DNA of 64,000 nt from Macrostomum lignano (GCA_002269645.1 NIVC01000169.1:310001-374000), one strand, 5' to 3'; numbered from the stretch's first letter, positions 1 through 13,929 are shown. Notes: generated from the letters alone by a model not told the origin. Program-made: numbers and translations.

Positions 1-208
1 GTTACCGTCAGGTTACCGTCAGGTTACCGTCAGGTTACCGTCAGGTTACCGTCAGGTTACCGTCAGGTTACCGTCAGGTTACCGTCAGGTTACCGTCAGG
101 TTACCGTCAGGTTACCGTCAGGTTACCGTCAGGTTACCGTCAGGTTACCGTCAGGTTACCGTCAGGTTACCGTCAGGTTACCGTCAGGTTACCGTCAGGT
201 TACCGTCA
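1..208. repeat. 11-bp tandem repeat (GTTACCGTCAG)n, about 19 copies, truncated by window start
   Basis: Perfect 11-bp periodicity read directly; lies upstream of the acceptor at 302, so probably intronic. Confidence 0.95.
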
Positions 209-302
209 ACCCATGACGGGCTGACCTTCTGTTTCCTAACCGCCCAGACTGGTGACCCGTTAAAAGTCCTGACTGTACACCTCGGACCCGCGTCATCCGC
301 AG

Positions 303-540
303 ACGCAGCGGTCTGCAGGAGCAGCTGGCCAGGATGAACGCCGAGGTCGCCAGGTTGAACGGTGAGCTGAACCGGACGGCCGAGGAGCGCGGCGAGTTGT
401 CCGACCAGATCGGACTCTGGTCGGACGCGGCCGGTCTGTGCTCTCTGGCCGAGCCTGAGTCCTCCGATCTCAGCCAATCGCTGGCCAGCGCGGCCAGGTC
501 CTCGCCGGCCAATCACAACGGGCCACCGGCTAAGAAATGA
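303..540 (+). CDS. Terminal coding exon of a coiled-coil (leucine-zipper-like) protein; rest of gene upstream of window
   Basis: Acceptor ccgcag|A at 302/303; frame reads RSGLQEQLARMNAEVARLNGELNRTAEERGELSDQIGLW...PPAKK* with L/M/L/T/L heptads; GC-rich, followed by AT-rich 3' sequence. Confidence 0.6.
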
Positions 541-689
541 AAGCAACTGCGTGTGGAAGGGAAATCTTAGACTCTTCTTCCGTACTTTCTGCAACAAGCT
601 GCTTCTAGTAGGACTTCTTTACTAAGAAAAACTTTTTAAGAACAATTTTTTAAACGAAAATCTGTTAATTTTTGCCCATTTATAATATC

Positions 690-2640
690 TCTAGATGTGA
701 GATTTTCACAAATCTCTAGACATAAGATTTCCATAACTCTCTAGACATGAGACTTTAAACAAATCTCTAGACCATGAGATTCAACAATTCTCTAGACATG
801 AGATTCAACAATTCTCTAGACATGAGATTCAACAATTCTCTAGACATGAGATTCAACAATTCTCTAGACATGAGATTCAACAATTCTCTAGACATGAGAT
901 TTACCAATTCTTTAGACATGAGATTCAACAATTCTCTAGACATGAGATTCAACAATTCTCTAGACATGAGATTTCCATAACTCTCTAGACATGAGATTCA
1001 ACAAATCTCTAGATATGAGATTTCCATAACTCTCTAGACATGAGATTCAACAAATCCCTAGATATGAGATTTCCATAACTCTCTAGACATGAGACTTCCA
1101 TAACTCTCTAGACATGAGATTCAACAAATCTCTTAGACATGAGATTCAACAATTCTCTAGACATGAGATTTACCAATTCTTTAGACATGAGATTCAACAA
1201 TTCTCTAGACATGAGATTCAACAATTCTCTAGACATGAGATTTCCATAACTCTCTAGACATGAGATTCAACAAATCCCTAGATATGAGATTTCCATAACT
1301 CTCTAGACATGAAATTTCCATAACTCTCTAGACATGAGATTTCCATAACTCTCTAGACATGAGATTTCCATAACTCTCTAGACATGAGATTCAACAAATC
1401 TCTAGACATGAGATTCAACAATTCTCTAGACATGAAATTTCCATAACTCTCTAGACATGAGATTTCCATAACTCTCTAGACATGAGATTTCCATAACTCT
1501 CTAGACATGAGATTCAACAATTCTCTAGACATGAAATTTCCATAACTCTCTAGACATGAGATTTCCATAACTCTCTAGACATGAGATTTCCATAACTCTC
1601 TAGACATGAGACTTCCATAACTCTCTAGACATGAGACTTCCATAACTCTCTAGACATGAGATTCAACAAATCTCTTAGACATGAGATTCAACAATTCTCT
1701 AGACATGAAATTTCCATAACTCTCTAGACATGAGATTTCCATAACTCTCTAGACATGAGATTTCCATAACTCTCTAGACATGAGATTCAACAAATCTCTA
1801 GACATGAGATTCAACAAATCTCTAGACATGAGATTCAACAAATCTCTAGACATGAGATTCAACAAATCTCTAGACATGAGATTCAACAAATCTCTAGACA
1901 TGAGATTCAACAAATCCCTAGATATGAGATTTCCATAACTCTCTAGACATGAGATTCAACAAATCCCTAGATATGAGATTTCCATAGCTCTCTAGATATG
2001 GGATTTCCATAACTCTCTAGACATGAGATTTCCATAACTCTCTAGACATGAGACTTCCATAACTCTCTAGACATGAGATTCAACAAATCTCTAGACATGA
2101 GATTTCCATAGCTCTCTAGACATGAGACTTCCATAACTCTCTAGACATGAGATTCAACAAATCTCTGGACATGAGATTCAACAAATCTCTAGACATGAGA
2201 CTTCCATAACTCTCTAGACATGAGATTCAACAAATCTCTGGACATGAGATTCAACAAATCTCTAGACATGAGATTCAACAAATCTCTGGACATGAGATTC
2301 AACAAATCTCTAGACATGAGATTCAACAATTCTCCAGACATGAGATTTCCATAGCTCTCTAGATATAGGATTTCCATAACTCTTTAGACATGAGATTTCC
2401 ATAACTCTCTAGACATGAGATTTCCATAACTCTCTAGACATGAGATTTCCATAACTCTCTAGACATGAGACTTCCATAACTCTCTAGACATGAGATTTCC
2501 ATAACTCTCTAGACATGAGATTTCCATAACTCTCTAGACATGAGATTTCCATAGCTCTCTAGATATGGGATTTCCATAACTCTCTATACTTGAGATTTCC
2601 ATAAATCTCTAGATATGAGATTTCTACAAACCTCTAGATT
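690..2640. repeat. 24/25-bp minisatellite with two interleaved unit types (CTAGACATGAGATTCAACAATTCT / CTAGACATGAGATTTCCATAACTCT)
   Basis: Direct periodicity; TCTAGA in nearly every unit. Confidence 0.95.
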
Positions 2641-3734
2641 AAAATATATTTTTGCAATATTATAATTTTGAATTGAATGTCTATACAGCTGCTGATTGAA
2701 ACAAATTGAAAACATTTTTGTTTGTGGTTTTTTTTCGGAAGCAAACAGATTCTCAGCTCATTAAAAATTCTTGGTCAGTTAGACACGTATATTGTCACTG
2801 GCATTTTTTATTAAAGACATTTGCTTTTTAAAATTCGCGCCGTTTTTTGTTTGTTCGCGTGTTTTGCTTTAACGTCATTCGAATTCTAGTGAATACGATC
2901 GAATTACGAATCAATTGAAGTATTTTATTCTTGCATTGCATTGGCTTTTTGCTCATTATAAATATATTATAGCTCGTATTATAGTGTATATTAACCCAGC
3001 CACTTTTTATTGCATGTTTTTCTGCTTCATCCGTGTTTAATATCTGTCCTACACTTTCTAGTCAAAAATCGCAAAGCTATATTCATTCGCTGTCATTTTA
3101 TTAAATTTTATTTCTTTTGTTGTAAAACTCTTACTGCTCTACTTATAGTAAGTTTAACGAAAATTCGTGTTCACAAATTTTATTTCGCTTTGATTGAACA
3201 GCGATTCATATAAAAATCTACATCGATAAATAAATACATTCGCTCCTGTTGTAAGCCTAAGACTTAAATTTTGTGACAAAGAATCTCGTGTTTACAACCA
3301 GAAGCTTCTATCAGCGATTAAAAATAACAACAATGAGCACACAGGCAGCGGCTCCGTGTCACCTGTAGACGATGACTAAAATAATTCAAAATTGCTTTGG
3401 TGCAACAGCATTGCTAATGACCCATTGTTGCCTAACTAGTGCAGTGTTGACTGGTCTCTCTGAGGAAATCCCTCATTTTGACGCGTTGGAAATAGCGGGA
3501 ATCAGTTATTAATTAATCCAGGTTTGACAGCTGCGACCAGCAGGGGGGTTGCAGGTAGGGAGTGAGCGGTAGAAATTGCTGAAAAATAATTGAATTGTGC
3601 GGAAACGTGTCAAGAATCACAATACAGGTACAAGGATGCTCTGGTGCTCATGTTAGTGTTGTTAGTGGAACCTCAGTTTGCCTACCTATGCTGGAGGCAG
3701 AGCGTTTTTCATATCTGTCTCTGCATTAAGCTAA

Positions 3735-4230
3735 AATATACTGAGGAGATAGAAGCCTGAGATCAAAGCTACTGAGGAGATTGAAGCCTGACATCAAAGC
3801 TACTGATGAGATAGAAGCCTGACATCAAAGCTACTAATGAGATAAAAGCCTGACATCAAAGCTACTAATGAGATAAAAGCCTGACATCAAAGCTACTGAG
3901 GAGATAGAAGCCTGACATCAAAGCTGCTGAAGAGATTAAAGCCTGACATCAAAGCTACTGAGGAGATTGAAGCCTGACATCAAAGCTACTGAGGAGATTG
4001 AAGCCTGACATCAAAGCTACTGATGAGATAGAAGCCTGACATCAAAGCTACTGAGGAGATAGAAGCCTGACATCAAAGCTGCTGAAGAGATTAAAGCCTG
4101 ACATCAAAGCTACTGAAGAGATTAAAGCCTGACATCAAAGCTACTGAGGAGATTGAAGCCTGACATCAAAGCTACTGAGGAGATTGAAGCCTGACATCAA
4201 AGCTACTAATGAGATAGAAGCCTGACATCA
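3735..4230. repeat. Diverged 31-bp minisatellite (AAGCTACTGAKGAGATWGAAGCCTGACATCA), about 16 copies
   Basis: Period 31 (ctgaggaga at 3741 and 3772); runs directly into the 30-bp array. Confidence 0.9.
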
Positions 4231-7200
4231 AAGCTACTGATGAGATAAAGGCTAATCGCAAAGCTACTGATGAGATAAAGGCTAATCGCAAAGCTACTGA
4301 TGAGATAAAGGCTAATCGCAATGCTACTGATGAGATAAAGGCTAATCGCAAAGCTACTGATGAGATAAAGGCTAATCGCAAAGCTACTGATGAGATAAAG
4401 GCTAATCGCAAAGCTACTGATGAGATAAAGGCTAATCGCAAAGCTACTGATGAGATAAAGGCTAATCGCAAAGCTACTGATGAGATAAAGGCTAATCGCA
4501 AAGCTACTGATGAGATAAAGGCTAATCGCAAAGCTACTGATGAGATAAAGGCTAATCGCAAAGCTACTGATGAGATAAAGGCTAATCGCAAAGCTACTGA
4601 TGAGATAAAGGCTAATCGCAAAGCTACTGATGAGATAAAGGCTAATCGCAAAGCTACTGATGAGATAAAGGCTAATCGCAAAGCTACTGATGAGATAAAG
4701 GCTAATCGCAAAGCTACTGATGAGATAAAGGCTAATCGCAAAGCTACTGATGAGATAAAGGCTAATCGCAAAGCTACTGATGAGATAAAGGCTAATCGCA
4801 AAGCTACTGATGAGATAAAGGCTAATCGCAAAGCTACTGATGAGATAAAGGCTAATCGCAAAGCTACTGATGAGATAAAGGCTAATCGCAAAGCTACTGA
4901 TGAGATAAAGGCTAATCGCAAAGCTACTGATGAGATAAAGGCTAATCGCAAAGCTACTGATGAGATAAAGGCTAATCGCAAAGCTACTGATGAGATAAAG
5001 GCTAATCGCAAAGCTACTGATGAGATAAAGGCTAATCGCAAAGCTACTGATGAGATAAAGGCTAATCGCAAAGCTACTGATGAGATAAAGGCTAATCGCA
5101 AAGCTACTGATGAGATAAAGGCTAATCGCAAAGCTACTGATGAGATAAAGGCTAATCGCAAAGCTACTGATGAGATAAAGGCTAATCGCAAAGCTACTGA
5201 TGAGATAAAGGCTAATCGCAAAGCTACTGATGAGATAAAGGCTAATCGCAAAGCTACTGATGAGATAAAGGCTAATCGCAAAGCTACTGATGAGATAAAG
5301 GCTAATCGCAAAGCTACTGATGAGATAAAGGCTAATCGCAAAGCTACTGATGAGATAAAGGCTAATCGCAAAGCTACTGATGAGATAAAGGCTAATCGCA
5401 AAGCTACTGATGAGATAAAGGCTAATCGCAAAGCTACTGATGAGATAAAGGCTAATCGCAAAGCTACTGATGAGATAAAGGCTAATCGCAAAGCTACTGA
5501 TGAGATAAAGGCTAATCGCAAAGCTACTGATGAGATAAAGGCTAATCGCAAAGCTACTGATGAGATAAAGGCTAATCGCAAAGCTACTGATGAGATAAAG
5601 GCTAATCGCAAAGCTACTGATGAGATAAAGGCTAATCGCAAAGCTACTGATGAGATAAAGGCTAATCGCAAAGCTACTGATGAGATAAAGGCTAATCGCA
5701 AAGCTACTGATGAGATAAAGGCTAATCGCAAAGCTACTGATGAGATAAAGGCTAATCGCAAAGCTACTGATGAGATAAAGGCTAATCGCAAAGCTACTGA
5801 TGAGATAAAGGCTAATCGCAAAGCTACTGATGAGATAAAGGCTAATCGCAAAGCTACTGATGAGATAAAGGCTAATCGCAAAGCTACTGATGAGATAAAG
5901 GCTAATCGCAAAGCTACTGATGAGATAAAGGCTAATCGCAAAGCTACTGATGAGATAAAGGCTAATCGCAAAGCTACTGATGAGATAAAGGCTAATCGCA
6001 AAGCTACTGATGAGATAAAGGCTAATCGCAAAGCTACTGATGAGATAAAGGCTAATCGCAAAGCTACTGATGAGATAAAGGCTAATCGCAAAGCTACTGA
6101 TGAGATAAAGGCTAATCGCAAAGCTACTGATGAGATAAAGGCTAATCGCAAAGCTACTGATGAGATAAAGGCTAATCGCAAAGCTACTGATGAGATAAAG
6201 GCTAATCGCAAAGCTACTGATGAGATAAAGGCTAATCGCAAAGCTACTGATGAGATAAAGGCTAATCGCAAAGCTACTGATGAGATAAAGGCTAATCGCA
6301 AAGCTACTGATGAGATAAAGGCTAATCGCAAAGCTACTGATGAGATAAAGGCTAATCGCAAAGCTACTGATGAGATAAAGGCTAATCGCAAAGCTACTGA
6401 TGAGATAAAGGCTAATCGCAAAGCTACTGATGAGATAAAGGCTAATCGCAAAGCTACTGATGAGATAAAGGCTAATCGCAAAGCTACTGATGAGATAAAG
6501 GCTAATCGCAAAGCTACTGATGAGATAAAGGCTAATCGCAAAGCTACTGATGAGATAAAGGCTAATCGCAAAGCTACTGATGAGATAAAGGCTAATCGCA
6601 AAGCTACTGATGAGATAAAGGCTAATCGCAAAGCTACTGATGAGATAAAGGCTAATCGCAAAGCTACTGATGAGATAAAGGCTAATCGCAAAGCTACTGA
6701 TGAGATAAAGGCTAATCGCAAAGCTACTGATGAGATAAAGGCTAATCGCAAAGCTACTGATGAGATAAAGGCTAATCGCAAAGCTACTGATGAGATAAAG
6801 GCTAATCGCAAAGCTACTGATGAGATAAAGGCTAATCGCAAAGCTACTGATGAGATAAAGGCTAATCGCAAAGCTACTGATGAGATAAAGGCTAATCGCA
6901 AAGCTACTGATGAGATAAAGGCTAATCGCAAAGCTACTGATGAGATAAAGGCTAATCGCAAAGCTACTGATGAGATAAAGGCTAATCGCAAAGCTACTGA
7001 TGAGATAAAGGCTAATCGCAAAGCTACTGATGAGATAAAGGCTAATCGCAAAGCTACTGATGAGATAAAGGCTAATCGCAAAGCTACTGATGAGATAAAG
7101 GCTAATCGCAAAGCTACTGATGAGATAAAGGCTAATCGCAAAGCTACTGATGAGATAAAGGCTAATCGCAAAGCTACTGATGAGATAAAGGCTAATCGCA

Positions 7201-10200
7201 AAGCTACTGATGAGATAAAGGCTAATCGCAAAGCTACTGATGAGATAAAGGCTAATCGCAAAGCTACTGATGAGATAAAGGCTAATCGCAAAGCTACTGA
7301 TGAGATAAAGGCTAATCGCAAAGCTACTGATGAGATAAAGGCTAATCGCAAAGCTACTGATGAGATAAAGGCTAATCGCAAAGCTACTGATGAGATAAAG
7401 GCTAATCGCAAAGCTACTGATGAGATAAAGGCTAATCGCAAAGCTACTGATGAGATAAAGGCTAATCGCAAAGCTACTGATGAGATAAAGGCTAATCGCA
7501 AAGCTACTGATGAGATAAAGGCTAATCGCAAAGCTACTGATGAGATAAAGGCTAATCGCAAAGCTACTGATGAGATAAAGGCTAATCGCAAAGCTACTGA
7601 TGAGATAAAGGCTAATCGCAAAGCTACTGATGAGATAAAGGCTAATCGCAAAGCTACTGATGAGATAAAGGCTAATCGCAAAGCTACTGATGAGATAAAG
7701 GCTAATCGCAAAGCTACTGATGAGATAAAGGCTAATCGCAAAGCTACTGATGAGATAAAGGCTAATCGCAAAGCTACTGATGAGATAAAGGCTAATCGCA
7801 AAGCTACTGATGAGATAAAGGCTAATCGCAAAGCTACTGATGAGATAAAGGCTAATCGCAAAGCTACTGATGAGATAAAGGCTAATCGCAAAGCTACTGA
7901 TGAGATAAAGGCTAATCGCAAAGCTACTGATGAGATAAAGGCTAATCGCAAAGCTACTGATGAGATAAAGGCTAATCGCAAAGCTACTGATGAGATAAAG
8001 GCTAATCGCAAAGCTACTGATGAGATAAAGGCTAATCGCAAAGCTACTGATGAGATAAAGGCTAATCGCAAAGCTACTGATGAGATAAAGGCTAATCGCA
8101 AAGCTACTGATGAGATAAAGGCTAATCGCAAAGCTACTGATGAGATAAAGGCTAATCGCAAAGCTACTGATGAGATAAAGGCTAATCGCAAAGCTACTGA
8201 TGAGATAAAGGCTAATCGCAAAGCTACTGATGAGATAAAGGCTAATCGCAAAGCTACTGATGAGATAAAGGCTAATCGCAAAGCTACTGATGAGATAAAG
8301 GCTAATCGCAAAGCTACTGATGAGATAAAGGCTAATCGCAAAGCTACTGATGAGATAAAGGCTAATCGCAAAGCTACTGATGAGATAAAGGCTAATCGCA
8401 AAGCTACTGATGAGATAAAGGCTAATCGCAAAGCTACTGATGAGATAAAGGCTAATCGCAAAGCTACTGATGAGATAAAGGCTAATCGCAAAGCTACTGA
8501 TGAGATAAAGGCTAATCGCAAAGCTACTGATGAGATAAAGGCTAATCGCAAAGCTACTGATGAGATAAAGGCTAATCGCAAAGCTACTGATGAGATAAAG
8601 GCTAATCGCAAAGCTACTGATGAGATAAAGGCTAATCGCAAAGCTACTGATGAGATAAAGGCTAATCGCAAAGCTACTGATGAGATAAAGGCTAATCGCA
8701 AAGCTACTGATGAGATAAAGGCTAATCGCAAAGCTACTGATGAGATAAAGGCTAATCGCAAAGCTACTGATGAGATAAAGGCTAATCGCAAAGCTACTGA
8801 TGAGATAAAGGCTAATCGCAAAGCTACTGATGAGATAAAGGCTAATCGCAAAGCTACTGATGAGATAAAGGCTAATCGCAAAGCTACTGATGAGATAAAG
8901 GCTAATCGCAAAGCTACTGATGAGATAAAGGCTAATCGCAAAGCTACTGATGAGATAAAGGCTAATCGCAAAGCTACTGATGAGATAAAGGCTAATCGCA
9001 AAGCTACTGATGAGATAAAGGCTAATCGCAAAGCTACTGATGAGATAAAGGCTAATCGCAAAGCTACTGATGAGATAAAGGCTAATCGCAAAGCTACTGA
9101 TGAGATAAAGGCTAATCGCAAAGCTACTGATGAGATAAAGGCTAATCGCAAAGCTACTGATGAGATAAAGGCTAATCGCAAAGCTACTGATGAGATAAAG
9201 GCTAATCGCAAAGCTACTGATGAGATAAAGGCTAATCGCAAAGCTACTGATGAGATAAAGGCTAATCGCAAAGCTACTGATGAGATAAAGGCTAATCGCA
9301 AAGCTACTGATGAGATAAAGGCTAATCGCAAAGCTACTGATGAGATAAAGGCTAATCGCAAAGCTACTGATGAGATAAAGGCTAATCGCAAAGCTACTGA
9401 TGAGATAAAGGCTAATCGCAAAGCTACTGATGAGATAAAGGCTAATCGCAAAGCTACTGATGAGATAAAGGCTAATCGCAAAGCTACTGATGAGATAAAG
9501 GCTAATCGCAAAGCTACTGATGAGATAAAGGCTAATCGCAAAGCTACTGATGAGATAAAGGCTAATCGCAAAGCTACTGATGAGATAAAGGCTAATCGCA
9601 AAGCTACTGATGAGATAAAGGCTAATCGCAAAGCTACTGATGAGATAAAGGCTAATCGCAAAGCTACTGATGAGATAAAGGCTAATCGCAAAGCTACTGA
9701 TGAGATAAAGGCTAATCGCAAAGCTACTGATGAGATAAAGGCTAATCGCAAAGCTACTGATGAGATAAAGGCTAATCGCAAAGCTACTGATGAGATAAAG
9801 GCTAATCGCAAAGCTACTGATGAGATAAAGGCTAATCGCAAAGCTACTGATGAGATAAAGGCTAATCGCAAAGCTACTGATGAGATAAAGGCTAATCGCA
9901 AAGCTACTGATGAGATAAAGGCTAATCGCAAAGCTACTGATGAGATAAAGGCTAATCGCAAAGCTACTGATGAGATAAAGGCTAATCGCAAAGCTACTGA
10001 TGAGATAAAGGCTAATCGCAAAGCTACTGATGAGATAAAGGCTAATCGCAAAGCTACTGATGAGATAAAGGCTAATCGCAAAGCTACTGATGAGATAAAG
10101 GCTAATCGCAAAGCTACTGATGAGATAAAGGCTAATCGCAAAGCTACTGATGAGATAAAGGCTAATCGCAAAGCTACTGATGAGATAAAGGCTAATCGCA

Positions 10201-11826
10201 AAGCTACTGATGAGATAAAGGCTAATCGCAAAGCTACTGATGAGATAAAGGCTAATCGCAAAGCTACTGATGAGATAAAGGCTAATCGCAAAGCTACTGA
10301 TGAGATAAAGGCTAATCGCAAAGCTACTGATGAGATAAAGGCTAATCGCAAAGCTACTGATGAGATAAAGGCTAATCGCAAAGCTACTGATGAGATAAAG
10401 GCTAATCGCAAAGCTACTGATGAGATAAAGGCTAATCGCAAAGCTACTGATGAGATAAAGGCTAATCGCAAAGCTACTGATGAGATAAAGGCTAATCGCA
10501 AAGCTACTGATGAGATAAAGGCTAATCGCAAAGCTACTGATGAGATAAAGGCTAATCGCAAAGCTACTGATGAGATAAAGGCTAATCGCAAAGCTACTGA
10601 TGAGATAAAGGCTAATCGCAAAGCTACTGATGAGATAAAGGCTAATCGCAAAGCTACTGATGAGATAAAGGCTAATCGCAAAGCTACTGATGAGATAAAG
10701 GCTAATCGCAAAGCTACTGATGAGATAAAGGCTAATCGCAAAGCTACTGATGAGATAAAGGCTAATCGCAAAGCTACTGATGAGATAAAGGCTAATCGCA
10801 AAGCTACTGATGAGATAAAGGCTAATCGCAAAGCTACTGATGAGATAAAGGCTAATCGCAAAGCTACTGATGAGATAAAGGCTAATCGCAAAGCTACTGA
10901 TGAGATAAAGGCTAATCGCAAAGCTACTGATGAGATAAAGGCTAATCGCAAAGCTACTGATGAGATAAAGGCTAATCGCAAAGCTACTGATGAGATAAAG
11001 GCTAATCGCAAAGCTACTGATGAGATAAAGGCTAATCGCAAAGCTACTGATGAGATAAAGGCTAATCGCAAAGCTACTGATGAGATAAAGGCTAATCGCA
11101 AAGCTACTGATGAGATAAAGGCTAATCGCAAAGCTACTGATGAGATAAAGGCTAATCGCAAAGCTACTGATGAGATAAAGGCTAATCGCAAAGCTACTGA
11201 TGAGATAAAGGCTAATCGCAAAGCTACTGATGAGATAAAGGCTAATCGCAAAGCTACTGATGAGATAAAGGCTAATCGCAAAGCTACTGATGAGATAAAG
11301 GCTAATCGCAAAGCTACTGATGAGATAAAGGCTAATCGCAAAGCTACTGATGAGATAAAGGCTAATCGCAAAGCTACTGATGAGATAAAGGCTAATCGCA
11401 AAGCTACTGATGAGATAAAGGCTAATCGCAAAGCTACTGATGAGATAAAGGCTAATCGCAAAGCTACTGATGAGATAAAGGCTAATCGCAAAGCTACTGA
11501 TGAGATAAAGGCTAATCGCAAAGCTACTGATGAGATAAAGGCTAATCGCAAAGCTACTGATGAGATAAAGGCTAATCGCAAAGCTACTGATGAGATAAAG
11601 GCTAATCGCAAAGCTACTGATGAGATAAAGGCTAATCGCAAAGCTACTGATGAGATAAAGGCTAATCGCAAAGCTACTGATGAGATAAAGGCTAATCGCA
11701 AAGCTACTGATGAGATAAAGGCTAATCGCAAAGCTACTGATGAGATAAAAGCTAATCGCAAAGCTACTGATGAGATAAAGGCTAATCGCAAAGCTACTGA
11801 TGAGATAAAGGCTAATCGCAAAGCTA
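4231..11826. repeat. Near-perfect 30-bp satellite (AAGCTACTGATGAGATAAAGGCTAATCGCA) x253, 7.6 kb
   Basis: (11820-4230)/30 = 253 units; only two variant bases noticed (near 4322 and 11750). Confidence 0.98.
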
Positions 11827-12850
11827 ATAAAATAGCTTAAAGTGCCAAAGTGCTGCCAAAACAATGCTGCCAAGCGTGTTAAAATTTTTTCTTCATCAAT
11901 TTTTTTACAACGGTTCAGGCGCCCAGCGGTCTGCGGGCTCTCCCACTCCCCCCTGGCGCACCCCAACCTCCTCCCTTCTAGCCCCCAGTTTTGTCCAAGA
12001 GGACCCATTCTTGACCATGGATGACGGCTCCGCAATGTGGCAACTGTTTATTGGCCGGCAAATTAATAATTCCCAAACTCACACCCTGTCGTCTCCCTAC
12101 CCTATCCTTAAAACTGAAGCGGCTTCTATTCTAGAACTCACCGACAATGCTTAGCAGCATCATTGCTGGGGAGGCTGAGATGAGGGAGGCTGGCCCAGCT
12201 GCCATAGAGCTGCCCTACTCATCGTCACAGGTTTTTTATAACAGCTCTCATTCAGCACTGGCACTGACTGACAAGAATGCCTTGAGAGAGGTGGAGGCAG
12301 CCAAGCGCTAAACTTATTGGATATATTGTGATACTGATTGTGTTGATGCAGGCCTGCCTCTTTGTTCCCTAGACAGCTGAGCTTATTCAGTTTAGTAAAA
12401 TCATTTCCCCTGTCGTTTTTCAAAAGCGAAAGCGCATTTTTTAAAATAATTTTTTGTTATACCGCTGACACGGTTCGTTTGATTTCTCCGACGGCTTTAC
12501 AAGTCCGGGTTTTAGACAGCAGGCTGGATAAAATAGACACAGATAATCCGCGTTGCGCGTGTGACTTCACATCAGCCAGGCGGATCAGAGGTTCTTTCGG
12601 ATCAGACTTTCTTAGAAACGATCCGGAGGCCGGTAAGGATCGTGTATTTGTGTGCCATCGAGAAATCCGATTTTTCTCGACCGAACTTGTCTATGGTAAA
12701 ACTCCATTCAGTGACGTGCATTCGCGAGAGGTTTCTAATTGTACTGGTTAATGTTTCTATAATAGATGGGCCACTCCTTGCGGTAGCGCGAAAACCCCAG
12801 GGTTTTGACCATAGACTATAGCTTCTGCTGCTCTCAAGGCACGTCTAGGT

Positions 12851-12992
12851 AGTATAGAATCCTTGCGCCAACCCTCCGTCCATAGCGACGCGTCGGCCGT
12901 TCAGGGACTAGCAGAATGGGCGCCCGCGCCTTCCCGCTGTGTCCCCTCCGGGACAGCCCTGCAGCTAAGTCAAGTAAGTCAGTATAGAATCC
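12851..12992 (+). mobile_element. 5'-truncated non-LTR retroelement/SINE 3' stub (118 bp) with 12-bp target-site duplication
   Basis: AGTATAGAATCC at 12851-12862 and 12981-12992; insert ends CCCTGCAGCTAAGTCAAGTAAGTC, and a near-identical end recurs at about 60491-60516; short-repeat tail resembles RTE/L2-type 3' ends. Confidence 0.75.
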
Positions 12993-13929
12993 AATCCAGC
13001 ATATTTAAACTAAACTAAAGACGGGCCAATAAGAATCAATGCACTGTTTTCGTCATTTTTATTCACATAATATTACTATTTTTAATTGCATCTCCAGCAG
13101 GTAAAAATCTTAACTAAGCTGTAAAAAGGGGGTTGGTCAAGAGAACACGACAGGAGCCCCTCCGCTCTCCTCAGTTTAGCGATCTGCACTGCATTGTAGA
13201 CGGACTCTGTTAATTACGTCTTGTCAAACACCTTCAAATACGTTTGACCGAATCATTAACAAGTCTTAGTCGCACCTACAGAGCCCAGCAATTATCGCTA
13301 GGCAGGCAGGTTAAATGAAACATGATCTGGAATGGAGTTTCTTCCATCAGAAAAATAATTGAATGTCCTAATTTTAAGCTAGAACTCCTTGACTAGCCAG
13401 AAAGAATGAGGCAGAAGGTGAAGAAAGAAATAAATAAGAAAAATGGTTTCTGAGGCGGCCCCTTGTGAGACCCAGTTGAAGAGGCACAGATCGTTAGCAC
13501 TTGCCGCCATGATGTTGTCTCTCAGGCTTCAGACTCGCGGGCTTCTGCCGATAGTTGCTTCATGCATGCTTTACACCGAATAGTAGCAGCAAGATGCTAG
13601 ACAAGCTCGAAGCAGCTCGGAACAATTCTGTAACTCGCACAAAAGCAAATAAACAGGCACACCGCCCGTACAAACTCTGCTTAAGTATCAGACTCTCCCG
13701 CCATAGAAACTGTGCCTGATTGCAGCGGCAACTCTGCTGACTGTGCTGCCGAGTTGTCATGCGGGGCGAATTTGATACATTTTGTATTATTATATACGAA
13801 TTTGGAGTCAGGGCATTGTTGATGCTTGCTTAGCCAGGCGCTCCCCACTGACTTTTGCTGTTCACTCTTCCACTTACTGTATGAACTTTTTGGCCTCCTG
13901 CATGCCATTAGCGTGTCTGCTTAGTCTGC

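Noticed and set aside
1-208. Possible telomeric repeat at window start
   Set aside because: An 11-bp unit unlike TTAGGG-type repeats, lying upstream of a splice acceptor; an intronic minisatellite is simpler.
4172-12035. Two minus-strand ORFs of about 2550-2600 aa (LRLAFISSVA / LYLISSFAIS repeats)
   Set aside because: Artefacts of a stop-free 30-bp unit; overlapping frames, no domain content or credible start.
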